Part shown: positions 26,587 through 40,367 of the stretch, one piece after another | Numbering within the stretch: the first letter of the stretch is position 1 | Layout: each line of letters opens with the position of its first letter | Source: the human T2T-CHM13v2.0 reference genome, Homo sapiens | DNA: 64,000 bases | Assembly: GCF_009914755.1 (NCBI RefSeq) | Contig: NC_060942.1 | Reading direction: 5' to 3' (one strand) | Program-made: the position numbers and the translations under genes | Notes under the pieces: model-generated | Databases searched by the model: none | What the model saw: only the letters and a program-made list of their open reading frames with translations | Told to the model about the DNA's origin: nothing

Positions 26587-28139
26587 TAGGTAAAAGTATT
26601 ACACAATTTTTAACAACATTTAAAATATCCCAGCAAAGCCTGATTCCAGCTGATTTTAAGTCTAAAAGTCGTAATTCGGTTACAAATTTTTTATTATCTG
26701 AAAAGGTCACCGTCATCTAGCAGAGAAACAATTGAAATTACAATAAAATGTGAGATGTTTGGAGAAGGCAAACTATTTTCTATAGTAAGAAATACAGTCT
26801 ATTGATGGTGTTTACTGCCAACTGCTTAAGCCTCTCCTTTCCAGAATTTATTTAGAACAGATTTTTAGCTCTACTCTGGGATCTTTCTTACTTGCCAAAG
26901 AGAAATCTGAAATATTGAAAATAATTGTCATTTTGAAAGGTGAAAATGTTAAATCTGAATGTAGAGGACATTGCAGCTGTTAAAAATGTTGGTATAGCAT
27001 CTGGCAAAGACAGCAACAGAGGTTTGCATTTTAATTCAAATGCATGGAAAGAAAATCAAAAAAGGAATGTCTGTTCATAAGTCTTGTGAAAGCATAGAAA
27101 CTGTGTTCTGCCTGACAGAGAGAATAATTTTAAAAGCCCCTAGAAGTGCTAACTAAATGTAATGTCGAACTGTCAACAACTGCTTTCAAAAAATAAATTA
27201 CCTCTAAGACCATGTGTATTTTTTCACATCTTCTAGTCCCCCATTACCAATTAGTTAATACTCGCTTTGACAGAGGATGATGATTCTCAATAATCTAAGA
27301 CTTCAGATGTAGTGTGAATAACTTTAATAATGCTCTTACAGGAGAAAATCTCTCATAAAGCCTCACTATATCAAATCCTAATTTAGAGAAATGTGGCAAG
27401 CTGCAAAGTGCTCTCAAGTTAATGTGTAAATGTTTATTGGATTCTCATTTCTTGTCAGGTTCATGTTTCACTTATGTATCTATCCTCTCTCAGGGACACA
27501 TTTCCTGAAGGAATTTATATTGTTTTTATTGATCACCGTAGAAAATTAAAGTTATATTCAGCAAGAATAAAATATATCATTCTTGAATTGCTAAACACTT
27601 TGGGCTTTGAGACACATGAGAAACAGTTATCAGAAAATGAGGTCACATTTTTGTGTATCCGAAAGAAGTATTTATATGAAGATGTTGGGGAGGTGGGCAA
27701 GGGAATAATAAAAATTACATATTAGTCAAGTAAACAAGCTAAAGAACTTTCAGACTAAATAGGAAGACAACTATGTCTCAGGCAGCAAGCAAGAAAAATT
27801 TAACGTATAAAAGTGCCAAGATGATTCTAAGGTATTGCACTATAATCAGAATAAGATAGCTGTGTCAGAGTCAAATCTTAGCAAAACTCCAAGTTTATTA
27901 TGTTTTCTCTTTGGAATACTCCTCCTCTACTTTCAGTGACACCTCTTTTATGCCAGCCTCTGACCCCAGCCCCAGGTCACTGAGAACACGGCACAACACC
28001 CGTATCTGCCTCTGTATTTTTTCCCTTTCCTTCATCTTCCTTCAGTCAAATATTATTAGTCCTGTAGTTCACTAATTCTACCATCTGTCATAGCAATGAT
28101 GGTTTTTGATATAAAATGAAACTCTATTTATTTTATGAT

Positions 28140-28310
28140 ACATACCTGGCACCATGCCTGGAAAAACATGCATTTAAAAAATTCTTTCAATAATTTTCTC
28201 CCTACTCAGGAACAGCTGGTAAAATAATTTTATTAAACGTAAGTCAAATTATGTCATTTCTCTGCTCAAAACCCTCCAGTGGATTTCTATCTTACCCAGA
28301 TTTGATCCTA
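28140..28310 (+). mobile_element. L2 fragment (continues at 29540-29970)
   Basis: gtcaaattatgtcatttctctgctcaaaaccctccagtgg L2 motif. Confidence 0.65.
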
Positions 28311-28335
28311 TAGTTCTGGCAATATTAAAATAATC

Positions 28336-28453
28336 AGCTGGGCATAGTGGTGCATGCCTGTGGTCCCGGCTACTCAGGGGGCCAAGGCTGGAGGATCACT
28401 TGAGCCCAGGAGATTAAATCCAGCTTGGGCAACATAGCAAGACCCCTCATCTC
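28336..28453 (+). mobile_element. Free Alu monomer (FLAM-like)
   Basis: Single approx. 120-bp monomer with B box (GGATCACTTGAGCCCAGGAG), no second arm. Confidence 0.85.
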
Positions 28454-28455
28454 TC

Positions 28456-28499
<44 letters not shown>

Positions 28500-28700
28500 A
28501 TATATATATACATTATATATATAATGTGTATATCTCTCTCTCTATATATATATTATATATATATACATTATATATATAATGTGTATATATATACATTATA
28601 TATATGTGTATATATATACATTATATATATAATGTGTATATATATACATTATATATATAATGTGTATATATATACATTATATATTATATATAATGTATAT
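28454..28700. repeat. (CT)n(TA)n plus 28-bp palindromic AT-rich tandem repeat
   Basis: Unit CATTATATATATAATGTGTATATATATA repeated several times. Confidence 0.92.
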
Positions 28701-28758
28701 TTACACAAGACCCTACATAAGCACTTGTAAGATGAATTTTATCTTTCTACTTTGCTTT

Positions 28759-29526
28759 TGAAATGGGAAAGTTTCCCTGACTCCTTTGTGGGACTTGTAA
28801 AGGGGGTGGTTCATTTACTCAACTTGCAGCTCTCAACCCCTCGCAGGGTGGGGAGCATGCAGGTGAGCGGGTTCAGGGGCTGAGATGAATGCTCTGGGCA
28901 CTGGCAGAAGCATAACTCCATGCAATCCTGCGGCAGCGTCTAGGGGGGTGCCCGTGACCCTCCAGAGCCCGAGAGGACATGTGCTAACAGTGCACTATTT
29001 TAGCTTCGCTGTCCATGGATGGCTTATGTGTTTAACAGCTCAGTGTGACAGCCCTCTGTATCCTGAGCCCTTGCTCAGAATCCAGGAAGAATCAGGTCAC
29101 ACGAATGAATTGAAGATGGTAAATGTGGGGGATTTTATTGCCAATGAAAGTGGTTTTCAGCACGACGGAGAGCTGAAAAGGAAATGGAATGGGAAGGTGG
29201 CAGGAGTTTGGCTGCCCCAACCAGACTCTCTCCGAGGTCCCACCATCAAGCTGTCCGTCTGAAGTCAAGCTGCTTCTCTCCAACGTCAAGCTGCTGCTTC
29301 TTTTCTGTCTTTCTTTGTCATTGCTCTGCCAGTGGGGCCTGGGGATTTTATTGATACAGGATGGTGGGCAGGGTGTGCCAGGCTGGTTTTGGAAAAGGCA
29401 ACATTGGAGCAGGAAAACAGGGATGCAAAGTTTTCACTTTGGGCTGTGGGTCTAGGCTTGAGGGTGGGGCCCTCACTGGGGACCACACTCTTCTACCCAG
29501 CATTTCCCTGTCTTCTGTCTATATTA
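28759..29526 (-). mobile_element. ERV1 (MER4-group, MER50/LTR27-like) solo LTR
   Basis: TGAAATGGGAAAGTTTCCCTG start, ...CTTCTACCCAGCATTTCCCTGTCTTCTGTCTATATTA end; 4-bp TSD CTTT at 28755-28758 and 29527-29530. Confidence 0.82.
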
Positions 29527-29539
29527 CTTTTATTCTCTG

Positions 29540-29970
29540 ACTGTACATCCTTTAGGCTCAAATCCAGCAACACTGGCTTCCCAGTTATTGGTCCTTAAAA
29601 CTCTGGGACACCTCTAACTCAGAGCTTTCACATTTGCTCTTCCTTTTTCCTGGAATATTCTTCCTCAACTATTATGCATGGTTGAGGCCCTTACCTTCTT
29701 CAGGCATTTACTCTAACACTATCTTTTTAAAGAGCTCTTTTCTGGTCATGTTATCTAAAATTACTTTCCTCAGGTTTCCAATCTCTACTTTTTTCCCTCT
29801 TAGATCTTACTAGTATCCAGCATACTACGTTTTATGTATTTTTCTCATTTTTCTCTATCTTTACATGAGAATGTAGGTTGCATGAGGGCAGGGATTTTTC
29901 TTTCTGTTGTATACTCTTTCACCCTAAGTGCTTAAACAGTGCCTAGTGCATAGCATACAACTAATAAACT
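29540..29970 (+). mobile_element. L2 3' end
   Basis: cagagctttcacatttgct, gaatgtaggttgcatgagggcaggga, aacagtgcctagtgcatag motifs. Confidence 0.8.
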
Positions 29971-30409
29971 TGCCTACTGTAGGCAAGCGAATATAGCCCG
30001 TAAAACAGGCATAAAAGACTGGACTTTTACAAATGTTAAAGAAAGGAGGAACAGAGAATTTATCCAGATCCAGGAATGGCTTTCTAGTTTTTATGGCAAA
30101 CCAGTGTAAGAGTTCTGTAATCACTGCGACTGTTTTAACACTGACTGCCTTGGAGGGAATTTTTTGTCAAGAGCATTTCATGTAACAGTTGGAGTTTCAG
30201 ATGCCTTGCCAAATTTAAAAAAAAAATCATTTTCATTATTTCCCTCAAATCTCACAAATAGGGTGTGCTTTCCACTTCCAATAAAACTGGGGCTCAAATT
30301 TGTTTATGTCATTGAGATATTAAGAATTCATCTAAAGATCCAAACTGTAAGAGCTGAAGTCTTCACTCATGTCCTTAAAATAAGAAAAAGGCAGAAAAAA
30401 ACTAACATT

Positions 30410-32270
30410 CAATGATTTTTCTTTGATATATCTAAAAACTGAGGTCATAGGACAATAACCACCCCCTACCCAAATCTGGAGAGACAGGCAAATCCAGAGA
30501 ACACAGCCAAGTTGAACTTACCTGGAGCAGAATCCAATGAGCCATAAAGTGCTGGGAACACTTAAATGGTAATTTTGACAAATTGCTGGAGGCTGAGTAT
30601 AGAATAGTATGAGAATGAGAAATTTCTAGGATTCACTGTCTTAAGTCTCAAGGGGACCCCCACATTTTTTAAGGTTTTATTTCAAGGACACCCACTAGCT
30701 TCTCATGGTGAAGAGCCAAAAAGAGTAACCATTGTGAAATAGTCCCTCCACCTTCTCCATGACAAAGGCATGCTCTCCAAGATAAAATATTTTGCATGAA
30801 ATACTTATTACATGTAGGAGAGGGCATTTCCTCTGAGTAACACCTTCACATTTGTGATTGTCACATCCCCAAAACTCCGACCAATTTAACGACTGAGGTT
30901 CAGTCATAATTTTATAGGATGCTTCACCAATCCTGCACCTTACAAAGAGGACTCCACAAACAGGTCTTACACAAACAGGACTCCAGTATAACAGTGGATG
31001 ATAGCTGAAAAAGTTGTAAATTGTACATAAGAAGTTTAGTAAAAGCCAAAGGCAATAAGGGAGGCAAAAACAACAAACGAAGAAATTGAGACGTCTGACA
31101 CCCACAGCTACAACAAATGTTAAACATAGCCACACTCAACAAGATTAACATAAAACTTCACCCTGAAGCCAAATTTATCTCAGTTACTATCATCTGATGC
31201 ATCTTGTCTGCCTTTTAACATAAAAGGTATGCTATAATACAAAAGCTAACAGTTTTAAGAGAAAAAGCAAGCATCAAATCCAAACTCAGAAACAGCACAG
31301 ATTTTGGAATTATCATACATGGAATTTAAAATAACTATAATTAATATATTAAGAACTCTAATAGAAAAAGTAGAAAACATGTAAGAACAGATAAGTAATA
31401 TAAGCACAGAAAAGCAAACTCTAAGATATAATCTAAAGGAAATGCTAGAAATCAAACACACTGTAACAAAAAATAAAAAATGCCTTTGATTGGTTTATCA
31501 GAAAATGCTCCAGAACCAACTAAAGAATCAGTGAGCTTTAAGAAATGTTTATAGAAACTTCCAAAACAGAAATGCAAAGAGAAAAAAAAAAGAATGAAAA
31601 TAATAAAAAGGAACAGAATATCTAAGAACTGTGAGATAATTTCAAAAGTCTAACATACATACAGTTGTAATACTGAAATGAGAAGAAAGAGAGGATGGAG
31701 CAGATGAAAGTCATTATGGTTGAAAGTATTCCAAAATTAATGACAGGCACCAAAGCATAGATCCAGGAAGTTTAGAGAGCATGAGGCAGAATAAATACAA
31801 AAAAGTCTCTACCTAGAAATACCAGATTCAAACTGTGTAAAACCTAAAAGAAATACTGAAAGAATCTGGGAGGTGGGAGAGGTGAAGTGGGACACCTTAT
31901 CTATACTGAAACAATGATCAGAATTACAAGAGATTTCTGGTTAGGAATTATTCAAGCAAGAGGACAGCAAAGTATTGAAAGTATTGAAAGAAAAGAAAAT
32001 CAACCTGGAATCCTATATTGAGCAAAAATCATCTCTGGAAAGTTAAAGAGAAATGAAACTCTCAAAAAACAAAAACTGAGTGAATTTATCACCAGCAGAC
32101 CTGATCTACAAGAAGTGTTAAAAGAAGATATTTATTTGTCAATTATAAGTCAATAAAGCTGAAAAATAAATTTGAGACAGAAGAAAAATGCTATATAGAT
32201 TAGAAACTTGGATCTCCATGAAGAAAGTAAAAGTAATGTTAACAGAAAATAAAGTTTAACAATGTATTTC
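30410..32270 (+). mobile_element. Old L1M 5'UTR and ORF1 remnant
   Basis: A-rich decayed ORF1 (gaatcagtgagctt, gaatttatcaccagcagacctgatctacaagaa). Confidence 0.8.
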
Positions 32271-32383
32271 TTTTTGTTTTTTTTCTGTTTGTTTTTTTAT
32301 TTTTCCTCAAACTCCTGGGCTCAAGTGATCCTCCCACATTAGCCTCCTGTATTAGTCAGGATTCTATTAGAGGGACAGAACTA

Positions 32384-32426
<43 letters not shown>

Positions 32427-32824
32427 TCTCTCTTTCACATTTTTCTTCCTAATTTATATTTGCTGGCAGCTGATTAGATAGTGCCCAACAGATTAGTGGT
32501 GGAAGGGTGGATCTGTCTTTCCCAGCCCAAGGACTCAAATGTTAATCTCTGCTGGCAACACCCTCACAGACACTCCCAAGATTAATACTTTGTATCCTTC
32601 AATCCAATCAGGTTGACACTCAGTATTAACCATCACACCTCCCTAGTAGCTTGGACTACAGGTGCACACCACCACAATCAGCTAATTTTTTTTTATTTTT
32701 TTTTTGTTAAGACGGGGTCTTGCTATGTTGCCTAGTTTGGTCTCAAACTCCTAGCTTCTACTAATTCTTTTCCCTTAACCTCCCAAAGCACTGTGATTAC
32801 TGGTGTGAGCCACTGTACCTTGCC
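32271..32824 (-). mobile_element. AluJ-like, split by MLT2A insertion (pieces 32271-32347 and 32638-32824)
   Basis: ctcctgggctcaagtgatcctcccac...agcctcc resumes as cctccctagtagcttggactacagg after the LTR. Confidence 0.88.
32348..32637 (-). mobile_element. MLT2A (HERV-L) solo LTR, internally deleted, with (TA)n
   Basis: TGTATTAGTCAGG...CAGTATTAACCATCACA termini; 5-bp TSD CCTCC. Confidence 0.9.
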
Positions 32825-32996
32825 TTTCTTTTATTTTTAATTAATAATTGTTTTGGTAAAAATTAATAACAAAATCCCTGATTTTTTCGCTTCATAATTT
32901 TCCATCCACTGACCCCACCCTACCCCTTGCCTGTAAGTCTCCACCCCACACGTTCTTATAATCTTAACCAGTGTCATGAATGACATCTTTAACAGC

Positions 32997-33158
32997 CATC
33001 CATCTCCAGCTGGGAACCAAGCTCTCACCAGGAACGTGAATTGGCCGACACCTGGATCTGGAACTTCCCAGCTCCAAAGCTGTGAGAAATAAAAGTCTGT
33101 TGTTTAAACTTCCCAGTCTGTGGTATTTTCTTATGGTAGCCTGAACAGAATAAGACAG
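32997..33158 (+). mobile_element. MLT1A-type LTR 3' fragment
   Basis: ctgtgagaaataaaagtctgttgtttaa...cagtctgtggtatttt...taagaca. Confidence 0.8.
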
Positions 33159-33195
33159 GGCACTAGCTATTTTAAAAATCACCAGGTGGTTCTAA

Positions 33196-33600
<405 letters not shown>

Positions 33601-34255
33601 ATCCTTACACATTTTTAATTGCCTTTCTCTTTCTGCCTTTCCTTTCCTCAAATATTTCTTGCTGTGTCTCCATTTTCTCACTTTCTACTCATCCCTTGAT
33701 GAACTCCAACCTGACTTCTGTCACTTTTACTTTCACAAAAGTCTTAAATGTCCTCCACGACGCCACAGCAGAAATACTCCAGTTCTTCTATGTAACACTT
33801 CCCCCGTTTTCACACTCTTGGGCTAACCCTTTTCCGTTCCCTTGCTCATCTCTTCTGTTCTATTTTTTTCACTTCCATTTTTCTTTCTTTTATTTTCACT
33901 TATTATTTTGCTTTTTCATTTTCATAATTTCATAAAATCATAAAATACATTAAATGAAAATAATTCTCTTGGGACATACATAGTCTCACTGATCAGGAAA
34001 AAAAGTTAAGATTTTGTCATAAATACTTCCTGTTTTATTTTTAAATAAATATTAGAATTAAAGCTGAAGTTTACTTTGGTATCTAAAGGAAGACACTTTC
34101 CATTTTCTCATTCCCTAGAGACATTGTCTATCATAAATTTTACGTCAAATATTCAGCCTTACATTTCAAGTTCACATAAATAAGTGAACTTATTCAGGTG
34201 TGTGCGTGTATACACTTTGTGGTATTATTTGCCTACTTTAAAAGATTTTCAACGT

Positions 34256-34612
34256 ATGAATAACAAGGCCTGACGCAGACCTTTCCCCTTTGCCTGAACT
34301 CATTCTGCCTCCAGCCCACTTTTATTCTTTTGTCCAATAATTGTTAGCTAAGTTTAGAAATGTTTGTCCCCTTAAACTAGCAAAACACAGGGAAAATGTT
34401 TCCTGTCCAGCCTACTGATGGAGACTTCTCCTACTTACAAAACAATTCCAAGTGTAAATCATCCAGTCTGTAACTTATCCTCTGTTTCTATAATTATCTA
34501 ATATGGGACTGCTCAGCTGAGACACTCTGATCTTAGGACAAAGAGTGCTCTCTCCATTGCAGTAGCCTGAATAAAATCAATCTCCTTACTTGTCTGGGTT
34601 TTGTGGTTCACA
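34256..34612 (+). mobile_element. Old ERV1-type LTR (family uncertain)
   Basis: TG...CA bounded segment with LTR-like 3' part ccattgcagtagcctgAATAAAatcaatctccttacttgtc. Confidence 0.5.
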
Positions 34613-35059
34613 GTATCATATTGAACATGGATTTCTCTGTCTATTATCAGTAAAGACAATTAGTATCATAAACAAATTCATACCATTTAAGCCTCAATGA
34701 AGTTATCAGGTATGTATTAATTTTTAAAAAAATTATTAAAAATTATTTCTAAGAATATTTAAGCATGAGACTATAACTCATTTGTATTACTCACCATGCT
34801 ATTGATGAGTAATTAGATTATACTCACTTGTTTTGCTGACAGTGCTGCAATGCTCACTTGCAATTGTCTCCATATGCCTGTGTGTTAGTGTCTCCTAGTT
34901 TATACTAATTATAATAATAAAAATAATAGTACCAGATTTTGAGTGCTTTGCATTTGGTTAGTCATTTTATTCCTATAACATTTGTATAATACATGCTAGT
35001 ATTATTTGTTTTGAAATTAGGAAACTAAGATAAAAGGTTACAGAATTTTTCCAAAGAGA

Positions 35060-35555
35060 AACACAATATTTTCAGTTACCAGTGTATATGTATCTTCAAC
35101 TACGCTGTATAGCATCAATTGCTTTCCAAGGTGGCTGTTCCATTGTATTTTCACTATCAGTGTTTGAGAATGCCCATTTCTCCAAATCTTCATTATATAT
35201 TATTGTTAGACTTTGGAATTTTAACCAGAGTGATGGGAAATAAATGAGATTTTATTGTTTCCATTTGATTTACTCTGGTTAATGGGGAATTTTTTCCCCA
35301 TTCACTTTGTGTGTATGTGAATTGTTTACACTGTTCTTTGCCAAGTTTCTTATTTAGTTGTTTGCATTTTCCTCATTGATTTCTAGGCATTCTTTAAATA
35401 TTCATAGCCGTTAATGCTTTGTGCAATAAATAGATTGTACTTATAATTTTGTTTTTATTTCTTTGTTTACACAGAAGGTTTTTACATTTGGATGTACCCA
35501 AATGAAGCATCGTTTTACTTTTTAAATTTTATATTTATGTCTTTCTTAAGAAAGT
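35060..35555 (-). mobile_element. Old L1ME ORF2 3' fragment
   Basis: gctttccaaggtggctgt, tgagaatgcccatttctcc motifs. Confidence 0.65.
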
Positions 35556-35560
35556 CATCT

Positions 35561-35880
35561 TTTCATATGTTGGCTATAGTGAATAAGGACGAAATAAACA
35601 TGGAAGTGCAGATATCTCTTTAACTTACCAATTTTAATTCCTTTGGATATATACCCAGAGGTGGCATTGCTGGGTCATATGGTAATTGTATTTTTAGTTT
35701 TTAAAGAGAGAGCTGCACTCCAATGTTTATTTTAGCTTTATTCACAATATCCAAGATATGGAAGCAACCTAAGTGTCCATCAATGGATGAACAGATAAAG
35801 AAAATATGGCATAAACGCCCAATGGAATACTATACAGCCTTAAAAAGAGAAAAATTATCTCATTTGTGACAATATGGATG
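35561..35880 (+). mobile_element. L1MA-type fragment with inverted 5' part (35561-35702 antisense, 35703-35880 sense)
   Basis: Both halves match the ORF2 end/3'UTR in opposite orientations, with about 60 bp shared. Confidence 0.8.
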
Positions 35881-35884
35881 GCAA

Positions 35885-36145
35885 AACACAACAGTAGAGT
35901 AAGATATTTTAAGAGAGTAAAAGAGATAAAATTTACGTAACTTTTATTACAGTATATAGTTATATTGTTCTATTTTATTATTAGTTGTTAATCTCTTCCT
36001 GTGTCTAATTTACAAATTAAAATTTATATTAGGTGTATATGTATGGGAAAAAATCACAGCACATATAAGGTTCAGGACTATCTGCAATTTCAGGCATTGC
36101 CTGGGGGACTTTAAACCTATTCCCCACAGATAAGGTGGACTACTG
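35885..36145. mobile_element. MER44 (Tigger7-derived) fragment
   Basis: taacttttattacagtata...gataaggtggactactg TIR followed by TA. Confidence 0.8.
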
Positions 36146-37174
36146 TACAGGCAATCTATTGGAAAAACTCCAAAAAAGATCTTTCTTGATTTCATAGATA
36201 GATTCTTTGTTTTCACTTAGGTTGATGAAAATTCACATATTTTACACCTACCTCTTAGGTGTAAAAGAAAGACAGGATGTTTGATAAGAAAGACAAGATG
36301 TGTGGCAAACTGAGGGTCAACATAGGACTTCGTATATAAGATAAACAGTGTGCTTTTGTTCTCACAATTTTCTATCAAATAGCCACCAGATGGAGTGTTT
36401 GGGATTGCAGCAAAAGCTACTTATATTAATTAAGCTTCTATTATAATTACAAGGAGAAAAAAAGAGCAGACTTGGGTGCTAACCCACATAGTTTTGCCAG
36501 ATAGAGTTGGAAGCAAAGCACAACTGGATTATCATGTTGTAATTTTATTTCCCACATACATTTTTCATCAGATTGAATATGCTTTATTTCATTCTTAATT
36601 TGCTATAATTTTAATTAAAAAATAAATATCTGGATATCGAATTTTTGATCTATTGAAATGCACATTTTTCCTTTATTCTGTTAATATGGCAAATTATAGT
36701 AATTTATTTTAAAATGGTAATGTAAACTGCTATTGCTGGAATAAACCTAGAATGATGCTGATGTTCCAATTTATAAATTTATTTTTTCTATTTAAAAAAG
36801 CTTAGATCCATCTTTTCAGCTCCAAGTTTAATTTATTGTTACTCAGGTTTAGAATTTCCTTTTGATATTTTTCATAGCATAGAATCTAATGTATTTCTTT
36901 ATCATATCATCTGATTTCTGGCATATGTCAGCCATATACATTTTAAGATCTGTGCCTGATAATTCTGATATCTGAACCTACTATGGATATGTTATATGGT
37001 CTGTTTTTTGCTCTGTTTTTAGTCCTGCAGTCTTATTTCCTGGTAAGATGTGTAATACTTGAATGCTGGACATTAAATATGAAAAACTGTCTGACGTCGT
37101 TTTATTCCTAAGAGGGAAGTAAATAGAGTTAAAGTGCTCTAAAATTCTTGCATTTTCTGAAAAATGCTAATAGA

Positions 37175-37395
37175 ACTACATTATATTACATATATAACAT
37201 ATATATTACACATATATCATATATGTAATATAATATATACGTAATATATACTATATATGTAATATATGTAATATAATATATGTAATATACATAATATGTG
37301 TAATATATTTTTATATACATATATACATATATACCTATGTATATTATATATGCATATACATATATAATATATATTACATATATATTACATAATAA
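37175..37395. repeat. (TA)-rich low-complexity repeat
   Basis: Read directly; lies within decayed L1-like sequence. Confidence 0.88.
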
Positions 37396-38384
37396 ATCAA
37401 GGAGGTATGTTGCACTCTGTAGTGCAACCACTAAAAGAATAACAAAAGATTTAAAACTAACAAGCTAAAATAGAGACACAAAATCGAACATTACAAATAT
37501 TTAAATTATTCAGAGTTATTTCTCTCCTTAATATAAGTGATATGCTAAGAAGGAAGCAAGAACTTTTCACCTAGTCTTGATAAAATTTTATGAAGAATAC
37601 AATATTCTAGTTGTCTATGTTTCTAATATTTTAAATTTCAGTTTGTGAAATAAACTTTAATTTTTTTAAATTTTCCCATGCATTCATAACCGACAACATG
37701 AGAATTTTTAATGTTTTGTCAAAATGGCTAAAGGTGTCTGAACAATCAATTGTATATTCTCCTTTGGTTTTTAAGATCATTTTGCACAGTTTCAGCTTGC
37801 ACAGTTGTTTTTACAGTCCTGCTCTACCATGCAGAATGAGGTCCAACCTGTATGAGCAAAACTTCTGTCTGTAAATGGAAGTGTCAGGGTAAATGGAAGG
37901 GTTAGGTTCTACATGCATGTGTCTGTCATTCATGTTTCATGAGGTATGAGGCATGGGAGCTAAGCATGTCCATTGTGTGAGTTCAGTTCAGCAATAAAAC
38001 ATATGTATCCCTGTTGTTAAAGATTTTTCCCAAAATAAGCTAGTGACTTTATGAAATTAGTCAGTGTTATTAACCATGTTTTCAAAATAACAAGGTGGTA
38101 TTGATAACAAGGTGACAATTTAGAAATATTTTAAGCCTAGGTAGCAAATTCCTGTAGAGATTTCAAATTCTAAACTCCAATTTAAAAATTTGGTGACAAT
38201 ATAAAAGTGTATTAATATAAAAAACCACAAAACAATGGCTTATAGTCATACATATAAAATAAACATTTCTAAAAGATTAGACTGGGCTACACTGGGGGAG
38301 AACTTCAGTGCTATCCTGAAAAATGTGTGCTTACTTGTGAAAAGCATACCAAAACTATTTGTGATACTACTTCTTGAAATATTC

Positions 38385-38600
38385 ATAGCTTATACTTTCT
38401 AGAGCTTACTTTGTGTCAGGCACTACTCTAAGGTCTCCCTATGTATTAACTAATTTTATTCTCACATTTACCAGGTATTATTTTTACTCCCATATTACAG
38501 ATGAGGAATCTAAGGCACAGAGAGACGAAGTAATTTGCCCAAATACATAACAATAAGAAAACAGCAACATGGAAATTTAAACCAAGGTTTTCTGGTGTAG
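38385..38600 (-). mobile_element. MIR
   Basis: cccatattacagatgaggaatctaaggcacagagagacgaagtaatttgcccaa core. Confidence 0.85.
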
Positions 38601-38957
38601 TGTATGTTTTCTCTCTTTGTACAATATCATAGCATTACACACCATAAACTATGCTATGACACCATTACTCTTCTCTAGGAGATGATCCCACATCATTTTC
38701 AGAAGATGTTTTATAATTGGAGATTGTATGGTAAGTACAAGAAATTATGATAGTTGAAAAAATCTAGGTTTTATATGAGTTTAAGGATTATAATTTTTAA
38801 ATTAAAACAAAATCAATTGATCTGGTAAGACAGATTTATTGTAATAATACCACAAGAAGAAAAAGAAAATTCCTAGTTTTTTAGTTCTAGCTTTTGTTCA
38901 GTAATTATACTGAAATAAAAATGTTAGAGGTTTAAATATTTTTCAATATGTGAATGA

Positions 38958-39377
<420 letters not shown>

Positions 39378-40317
39378 AGTCCTTTTATTTTCTTCTAGTT
39401 TCTAGCTTGAATGCCCATGATTGAAAATAAAATTCAAAAATAATTAAGGGAATTATTATATTAATTTTATTAGAGTCTGAGTCTACTTTTTGTCTATAAT
39501 TTATTTGTTTTGTAGTTTTATCATGGGGATCAATGAGTATTCCCATTTTTATTCAGGAACCATGAAATATTCACATTTATTTTCTATTTACAATACTTAT
39601 CAATGGCTCCGTGTAGTATTTCTGCACAGGTGGTAGCAATGTAGTCTACGAACTCAACAGGTAGCAAAAAAGTTATTTAACAGTAATTGTGAAAACTAGC
39701 CTATGTTTTTAAATTGTGAGACTAATAGATATCTTTCCTATATATCTTTTTATATGGTGCCCAGTCTCTTCAGTTATATAACTATGGATAGTGTTCTAAT
39801 GAGAGAATGTAACCTGCATAAATCAAAACAAGATGTTATTTAAGAATAAATATAACTTATTATAAAATAGAAGAAATTCAAATAATCCAGGTAAACATGA
39901 TGGTGGTCATTCTAGCATGGAACTTCTAGAGAGGAGTGAGTTCAAAAAAGACTTCAGCCATTCTACATATATTTTAAATTTTAAAACCTTAAAACACAAA
40001 GTATAAATAACAGATGCTAAATATGTTTGCATTGATACGTATTTTTAATGTTATTCCTTGGAAGTCATTTCGCTCCCTCTTTTGTAGTTTACTCCCTACC
40101 CAGGACTCATTAAAAAAACTTCTTAAATTTTATAGTCAGCGGTGGACATCTCTAGCAAGAAAGTTATCAGACTAAGCAGTTGGCTTTTATATTTATATAA
40201 TTTTGTATTCCATATATCTACTTGTCAAGGATCTGTAATAAAGATATTGACTAGCAATGGATTCATTTAATTGATAAATGACCTGCTGGCTCATCTTGAA
40301 GATTTTTACTTCCCAGC

Positions 40318-40320
<3 letters not shown>

Positions 40321-40366
<46 letters not shown>
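40321..40366. repeat. (CA)23 microsatellite
   Basis: Read directly. Confidence 0.97.
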
Positions 40367-40367
<1 letters not shown>

